From: Candidatus Aminicenantales bacterium
GTDB lineage: Bacteria > Acidobacteriota > Aminicenantia > Aminicenantales > UBA4085
NCBI GenBank assembly: GCA_049515535.1
Contig: JBEKTZ010000001.1
Span: 392,599 to 456,598 of the forward strand
DNA: 64,000 nucleotides
Direction of reading: 5' to 3'
Positions 58,895-64,000 of the stretch are shown here, one piece after another; positions within the stretch are counted from its first letter, which is position 1; each line of letters begins with the position of its first letter. The position numbers and the translations under genes are program-made. The notes under the pieces were generated by a model. That model saw nothing but the letters and a program-made list of their open reading frames with translations, searched no databases and had not been told where the DNA came from.

Positions 58895-59536
58895 TTATTT
58901 AATGCTTTTCAGCTGTTCCAGCTTCGCCTTGTACTCCCCGGGGTTCGTGACTCCGAAGAGCCCCAGCTTGTTGTCCTCTTCGAGCGCGCCCATATAGCGG
59001 TTTCCGGAAAAGGCGGCCTGGTCCAATCGCCATTCATTCGGGGACCTGAAGTAGAAAGTGTACCGAATCAGGTACTTATCGTAGGGATAGGTCCAGACCT
59101 CCAGGGTATTGGCCGAGACATCCTCGTTCGACCTATCGTTGACGCTGGCGTTCACCCCCACTCCCTGCGTCATTCGCGTCGCCCAGTTGTCGTTTTGGCT
59201 CAATTCGATATGGACGGGGCTTCCGTTCAGCAGATAGACATGGGCCCGATCGACATTATAGGGCTGGCGGGAATTCTCTTTTTTATAGGCTTTCATCGTA
59301 TAGGCGACTCTATTGTCGAATTCCTGTTTGGCCTCGGGAGACCGGGAAGCCCAGAACAGCTTCTGGAATTCGAGCCGGGCCGCCGGAGAAAGATCCTTGT
59401 AGAGCTTCCACTCGAAATCCTGCATGATGTAATAGTGCATCGCGTACCAATCGTCTTTTGACGGAACCAGGCTGAGGCCGCAGGCCCCAAGAAACAGGCA
59501 AATCAAGGCGATCGCCGATAACTTTTGAATTCTCAT
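58895..59536 (-). CDS. Lipoprotein, GWxTD-domain-like (degenerate motif)
   Basis: Lipobox LGAC; FQKLFW...EFDNRVAY...PYNVDRAHVYLLNGSP...EVWTY follows the GWxTD domain layout. Confidence 0.7.
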   Translation of the reverse strand: MRIQKLSAIALICLFLGACGLSLVPSKDDWYAMHYYIMQDFEWKLYKDLSPAARLEFQKLFWASRSPEAKQEFDNRVAYTMKAYKKENSRQPYNVDRAHVYLLNGSPVHIELSQNDNWATRMTQGVGVNASVNDRSNEDVSANTLEVWTYPYDKYLIRYTFYFRSPNEWRLDQAAFSGNRYMGALEEDNKLGLFGVTNPGEYKAKLEQLKSIK

Positions 59537-60783
59537 TCGTCCCTCCTCGGCGGGTCGGCTCCGCGATTTCTTCTCATCGCGAATCCGCGCGAATATATAG
59601 GATTAGAATAGCACAGAACAAGCCAGAGGGCTATCCAGATGAAAAGGGCGGAAAAGAAATAAGGAGAGAGCGTCTCATAGACGAGAGAAGCTCTCCTTCC
59701 CGGCATCAGGGCGGGAAGGAGGGTATTCAAAATAAAGGATAGTCCGAGGACGGAAAGCAAAAAGGCCCGGAATTCGCTCCCCGAATATTTATAAAGAAAA
59801 GCGACGAGGACCGCGCAGGGGAAGAAAAGGGTCGAGAAGTAGATGCGGGAGTCGTGAGGGGACAGAAGAAGAAGGGATACCGTCAGGAGCGCGTATTTGA
59901 GAGCGACGCACTCCTTTTCCCCGCATTTCCGGAGGAGCGCCTTATAAAGAAGGAAAAGAATGAGCGCGCTCGTCAGGAGCCAGATCCATTTGACGATTCC
60001 AACCCGTAAGTTGAGCAGGTTGACCCGGGGGTACTTCTCGGTCTCGGGTTCCATCTTTTTTTCCGTCAGGTACTTGAAGAGGACCCCATTCAGTGAATGG
60101 TTGACGGGCTCTTCCGCCCGCGCCACGGCCGTATCCATCCAATTCTTGGCGAGATCGAGATTTTTCTCCCAGCCGATGAAGAAGCCCGGAGCCAGGATTA
60201 GGACGGCCAGCCAGAGGAAACAAAAAAGGCAGATCTTCCATCGTCTGGCGAGGGCGAAATAAAGGAGAAACAAGAAAGGCGTCACCTTTATGCAAATGGC
60301 GACCGCCATGAGAAACGAAGGAAAAACGATTTTCCCGCGTTCCACTTGGAAAAGCGCAAGAACGATGAGGAAGAGGACCAGGAAATGGATATTCCCCGTG
60401 TGGATTTCTTCCACGATGTAACCGCCGGTAATTAAGAGGGAGAACACGAGGATTTTCCAGAAGTGTTTATCCTCCAGGTTCATGAGCTTCATCACCATTC
60501 CGGCGATGGCTATGAGGGCCGCGATTTTCAAAAGGTACCAGAGAAAAGCCGCGGCGGCCAGCGGCAGAAAAGAAAAAGGGATAAAGGCAAAGGCGATGAC
60601 CGGGGCGTAGCGGAAGGCTAGACCTCCCTGCCGGTAGAGGTCGTAGTCATGTCCGAGGAGCTGCTTCGCGGCGGAACAATAGACGGAAAAGTCGACCGCC
60701 TGGACGGCCATATAAAGTCCGAAGACGATGACCGCGCCAAGAAGCAATCCGAATCCGACTTTCCTCCAAAGAGACGCGCTCAA
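59533..60783 (-). CDS. Multi-TM glycosyltransferase, GT87/DUF2029-like (GT-C fold)
   Basis: DFSVY, FRYAPVIA...PF, GNI, AICIKVTP, NHSL; about 10 TM helices. Confidence 0.8.
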   Translation of the reverse strand: MSASLWRKVGFGLLLGAVIVFGLYMAVQAVDFSVYCSAAKQLLGHDYDLYRQGGLAFRYAPVIAFAFIPFSFLPLAAAAFLWYLLKIAALIAIAGMVMKLMNLEDKHFWKILVFSLLITGGYIVEEIHTGNIHFLVLFLIVLALFQVERGKIVFPSFLMAVAICIKVTPFLFLLYFALARRWKICLFCFLWLAVLILAPGFFIGWEKNLDLAKNWMDTAVARAEEPVNHSLNGVLFKYLTEKKMEPETEKYPRVNLLNLRVGIVKWIWLLTSALILFLLYKALLRKCGEKECVALKYALLTVSLLLLSPHDSRIYFSTLFFPCAVLVAFLYKYSGSEFRAFLLSVLGLSFILNTLLPALMPGRRASLVYETLSPYFFSALFIWIALWLVLCYSNPIYSRGFAMRRNRGADPPRRDE

Positions 60784-60788
60784 GAATA

Positions 60789-61724
60789 TTATCTTATCGG
60801 TTCGCCGTCTTCGTAACCATCGATCACTTCTCGCGGCACTTCAAAAGCTTTTCCCCATCCGCCGAATTTCTGGACAAGCTCGGCCCTGGTCAGGGCGCGC
60901 TTCTTGTGATTCTCAATCAAATAAACGCCGCGGTCTTTGCGATTGCTCTGCTCGAGAATCATCAGCCCTTCGAACGTCAAATCGATCATCGGGCCTTTTC
61001 TCATTTTGTCCAGCGTTTCATAGGACACATCGACCAGGTATTTCCAAGGATTCTTGTCCTGTTTCCGGTCATAGTTATAGCGGAAGACGCTTTCAAGATT
61101 TTTAAAGGGACGGCGGATGTATTGACCGATGCCTGTTCGCTCGATCAGATACACGGCGGCATCGCGCGCCTTTACATACTTGTGGTCCAGGTAGGCAAGA
61201 TTATCGGCATCCGGCCAGGAGGCGAATTCGCGCTCCAGACGAGTGAGAATCTTGCGGCAGTCAGACAGGACATAGGGCATCACGTTCCCTCTCCGCATTT
61301 CCTGTTCGAGTTCGTTAAACGCGTTGGCCAAATAGGTGAACGCATTGGAAAGGTTCGTCCGCAAATAGTCCGACCGGAAAAAGTCCGATTGAGCTTCGGT
61401 CAGTTTCAGAAAGAGGCGACAGGAGGCCGCGAACGCCTCCGATTTGAAGAGAATGGCCTGCTCTTCGTCGGAGATGGTCCCATTCCAACCCCGGAAATGT
61501 TCAAAACTCTCTTTAGCGAGAGCCGTGGCCTGTCGTTCGAGCTCCAACCCGAGGTCATAAATCTGACTGCGCTGGCCGTCTACGGCGGATTTGGCGTACT
61601 CCGTGTCCTCCGGATAACTCGGATTGTCGCTATTAGCGCCCCTTCCGAAATCGGCGAGCGCCAGACAGGCGGTCGACATCACTAAAAAAACCAAAATGAA
61701 AATCGAACGGACGGTTGTTTTCAT
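60789..61724 (-). CDS. Exported hypothetical protein: helical N-terminal half plus two C-terminal VYLIE repeats
   Basis: Signal peptide; internal duplication visible. Start 61724 after GGAGG (or 61739). Confidence 0.7.
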   Translation of the reverse strand: MKTTVRSIFILVFLVMSTACLALADFGRGANSDNPSYPEDTEYAKSAVDGQRSQIYDLGLELERQATALAKESFEHFRGWNGTISDEEQAILFKSEAFAASCRLFLKLTEAQSDFFRSDYLRTNLSNAFTYLANAFNELEQEMRRGNVMPYVLSDCRKILTRLEREFASWPDADNLAYLDHKYVKARDAAVYLIERTGIGQYIRRPFKNLESVFRYNYDRKQDKNPWKYLVDVSYETLDKMRKGPMIDLTFEGLMILEQSNRKDRGVYLIENHKKRALTRAELVQKFGGWGKAFEVPREVIDGYEDGEPIR

Positions 61725-61779
61725 CGCAGAGGCCTCCATGTTCGTAAAATTTCACCAGCCCCTTCGTCAATTATCCGAA

Positions 61780-62427
61780 TTATTCGTAGACCAGGATATC
61801 GACGCGGCGGTTCTGGGCTCTCCCTTCGGGCGTGCCGTTGTCCGCGACGGGCGCCGAGCTCCCGAAGCTGATGACCTGCATGCGGTGGAGCGGGATGTGA
61901 TGCTGTTTATAGAGATATTCCATGACGGCATCTGCCCTTTTCAAGCCGAGCTGCCGATTCCAAACTTCCGGTCCGGTATTGTCCGTATGGCCCTGGATCT
62001 CGAGATAGACGCCCCTGTTTTGGGTAATGAGCACCTCGACGAACTTGTCCAATCCCGCTTTCCCCTCGGCGCTGATCTCATAACTGTCGAAAACGAATTT
62101 GGCCTCGCTGTTTCTGACCGTCTCTTTATAGATCAGCTTGCCCTCAGTCAGTTTTTTGACTTCTTCGATCCTGCCGTCCATACCTTTGAACTGAGATTCC
62201 TGCTGGGCGATCAGGGTTCCGAGTGTGGCCAGTTTCTCATCGTGCTCCTTGAGCCGTTTCTGGTTTTCCTCGACCGAAGTCGCCACCCCTTCGACTTTCT
62301 GGTCGAGGGCGGCTAATTCCGTCTGGACCATTTTTTTCGTCGCGCAGCCTGTGAATGACAGGAGCCCGGCGAGAATCGCGACTCCCGAAAGAAGGGCGAT
62401 GTGTTTTTTATTCATTTTATCCTCCAT
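61780..62427 (-). CDS. OmpA-family peptidoglycan-binding lipoprotein with coiled coil
   Basis: Lipobox FTGC; GHTD, LGLKRADAV, GRAQNRRVDI. Confidence 0.9.
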   Translation of the reverse strand: MEDKMNKKHIALLSGVAILAGLLSFTGCATKKMVQTELAALDQKVEGVATSVEENQKRLKEHDEKLATLGTLIAQQESQFKGMDGRIEEVKKLTEGKLIYKETVRNSEAKFVFDSYEISAEGKAGLDKFVEVLITQNRGVYLEIQGHTDNTGPEVWNRQLGLKRADAVMEYLYKQHHIPLHRMQVISFGSSAPVADNGTPEGRAQNRRVDILVYE

Positions 62428-62566
62428 GATTTCTTGCCCAATAATCGGCCTGATGGTCTAAGATAATATTGTATCACATTCATCAAGTCGTTTCCCGTGA
62501 TTCCTGGGACACGATTTTAAATCCGAAGTCGTGCGGCCCGGAATTCGCGCCTTCGTCTCTGTTGTC

Positions 62567-63511
62567 TCAATAGCCCGCCCGCGTTCTCGTGATATATTTC
62601 TTGTTGGTCGTGACAACCTTGATCGCTCGATATTCGTTCTTCGGGTCTTTATAAGACGTATATCCTAGAATATACTGATGGCTCAGTTCTTTCTTGATGT
62701 TTCCGACAGCGGCGTCCAATTCTTCGGGGGTGTTGAGGAAAAAGGCTTTTCCGCCCGTCGCCGCGGAAAATTGATCGAGAGTGGCCATGATGCCGGACGG
62801 GCTCAATGTTGGAGCGCGTTTGAACTTTTGTAAATATTGCTCGCTCAACGGAATTTTATAGGCCAGGACATAGATCGGCACATCCACTCTCCTCGCGATT
62901 TCGATAGCCTGGTCGGATGACGAATGGCTGTCGTTCTCGATCCCGTCCGTAACCAAAAGGAGAGCTCTTTTTTCGTTTGTCCCTCTGTTGGCGAATTCGG
63001 GCGAGACGGCGACGGCATCGTTCAAGGCTGTCTGGCCATAGGCTTCGGTCTTCGCCAGGACCGACACAAAGGCTTGCCTGTCTGTCGAAAACTTAGAGGC
63101 GACTTCCACTTCGCTGTCGGCGAAGACGAGCAGGGAGACCTCGTCTTTAGGTCCGAGGAGGCGGGTCGCCAGGCGAACGAGCGCTTCCTTGCAGTCCTTG
63201 AGCTTGTCCTGGAGAGCCATGCTTCCGCTGACATCGAGAAGAACGGTCAGGCTCAAAGGCGCCTCAAAATCGTGCTTGAAATAGTTGATGTTCTGTTTCT
63301 TGTCGTTTTCGAAAATCGCGAAATCTTTCTCCGTCAGGTCGTTGATAAACCGGCCCCTTTTGTCCTGAACCGTGACCGAGATGGAGATGGCGCTGACAGA
63401 GAGGTCATAGGCCAATCCCTTCTTTTGCTCTTGCGGAACCGGGCGTGCGGACACGGCACCGATCGCGGCCGAAAAAAGCAAGAGGCAAACAATCCCGTCC
63501 TTAAATCTCAT
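62567..63511 (-). CDS. Exported VWA-domain protein (Acidobacteria-type VWFA-related)
   Basis: VTVQDKRGRFINDLTEKDF, MIDAS DVSGS, TAL.DA, TDG.EN, ATGG, QYILGY. Confidence 0.88.
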   Translation of the reverse strand: MRFKDGIVCLLLFSAAIGAVSARPVPQEQKKGLAYDLSVSAISISVTVQDKRGRFINDLTEKDFAIFENDKKQNINYFKHDFEAPLSLTVLLDVSGSMALQDKLKDCKEALVRLATRLLGPKDEVSLLVFADSEVEVASKFSTDRQAFVSVLAKTEAYGQTALNDAVAVSPEFANRGTNEKRALLLVTDGIENDSHSSSDQAIEIARRVDVPIYVLAYKIPLSEQYLQKFKRAPTLSPSGIMATLDQFSAATGGKAFFLNTPEELDAAVGNIKKELSHQYILGYTSYKDPKNEYRAIKVVTTNKKYITRTRAGY

Positions 63512-63596
63512 GGTCGACCCTAGCTGATGTTTTTAGCACACCGTAACCAGGGAATCAATGATAGCCACTTTTTTGGTCCAGAGATATTAAGGAGGG

Positions 63597-63806
63597 ATGA
63601 TCATGCGCAAGATAACCTTTCAGGTATTCGTTTTGCTTTCGCTCGCTTGGATCATTTTGCAAATGAGTGGAGGGGGCCCTAGCTATGGTTGGAACAGGAA
63701 AAAAGGCCATGTTTCGGGCGGGTCACGAATATTTCGGACACTTGCTCGGAAAGGTTATTTAACAGTCTGCCGATATAATATAGGGCTCCAAAAATTTCCC
63801 CCCTAG
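63597..63806 (+). CDS. Short ORF with signal-peptide-like N-terminus (possible gene remnant)
   Basis: Strong SD TAAGGAGG; MRKITFQVFVLLSLAWIILQ hydrophobic start; remainder not protein-like. Confidence 0.35.
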   Translation: MIMRKITFQVFVLLSLAWIILQMSGGGPSYGWNRKKGHVSGGSRIFRTLARKGYLTVCRYNIGLQKFPP

Positions 63807-63964
63807 AGTCCTTCAATTCTCTCTCGCCTATGGCTATGGGCTCTACGCCGCCCCACCCGGGAGAACATCATTTCGGCCGATATTGAATGACTTTAGTCAA
63901 TTATTACATGTCTTTATTGACTAAATATACAGGAGCGTTTTAAAATCTGGGCTAAGGAGGGAAC

Positions 63965-64000
63965 GTGGCCAGAAGATCGTCAAGAATCGCGCTTTTGGAT
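63965..64000 (+). CDS. Start of a CDS running off the window end
   Basis: AAGGAGG SD followed by GTG GCC AGA AGA..., open to the window end. Confidence 0.4.
   Translation, partial: MARRSSRIALLD

Overview
A gene-dense, GC-rich (about 60% by eye) chromosomal segment from a diderm bacterium. The gene content (GWxTD-like and Acidobacteria-type VWA proteins, many exported peptidases and glycoside hydrolases, Tat-exported DUF362 proteins) is most consistent with Acidobacteriota/Ca. Aminicenantes; this is inference only. Housekeeping genes include an MsbA-like ABC exporter (partial), tRNA-Phe(GAA), galU, clpB, mutS, pgsA, and a 12-kb minus-strand run hslV-hslU-FN3 lipoprotein-FAH-transaldolase-TamB-Omp85-SurA-like-fabD. 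Accessory genes include a FadL porin, GH127/146, a BNR/VPS10 hydrolase, GH36, M24/M28/C69 peptidases, a Phd-VapC toxin-antitoxin pair, an ECF sigma/anti-sigma cassette, two DUF362+DUF6599-like pairs, an LVIVD-repeat protein and a VWA-OmpA-hypothetical-GT87-GWxTD cluster. No CRISPR array, rRNA, transposase or prophage was seen. The most unusual signals are non-coding or repeat-derived. (1) One copy of a palindromic element lies in a putative 5' UTR (48339-48457) and a shortened copy is translated in frame inside the Omp85 gene (20881-20950). (2) A ~170-bp multi-hairpin element occurs twice (1241-1409 and 30134-30303), with sub-modules recurring at 7.8, 48.25 and 57.6 kb. (3) A 15-unit heptamer array abuts a promoter. 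Two genes also appear internally deleted, and several transcripts look leaderless. Family assignments come from motif recognition by eye, not database searches.
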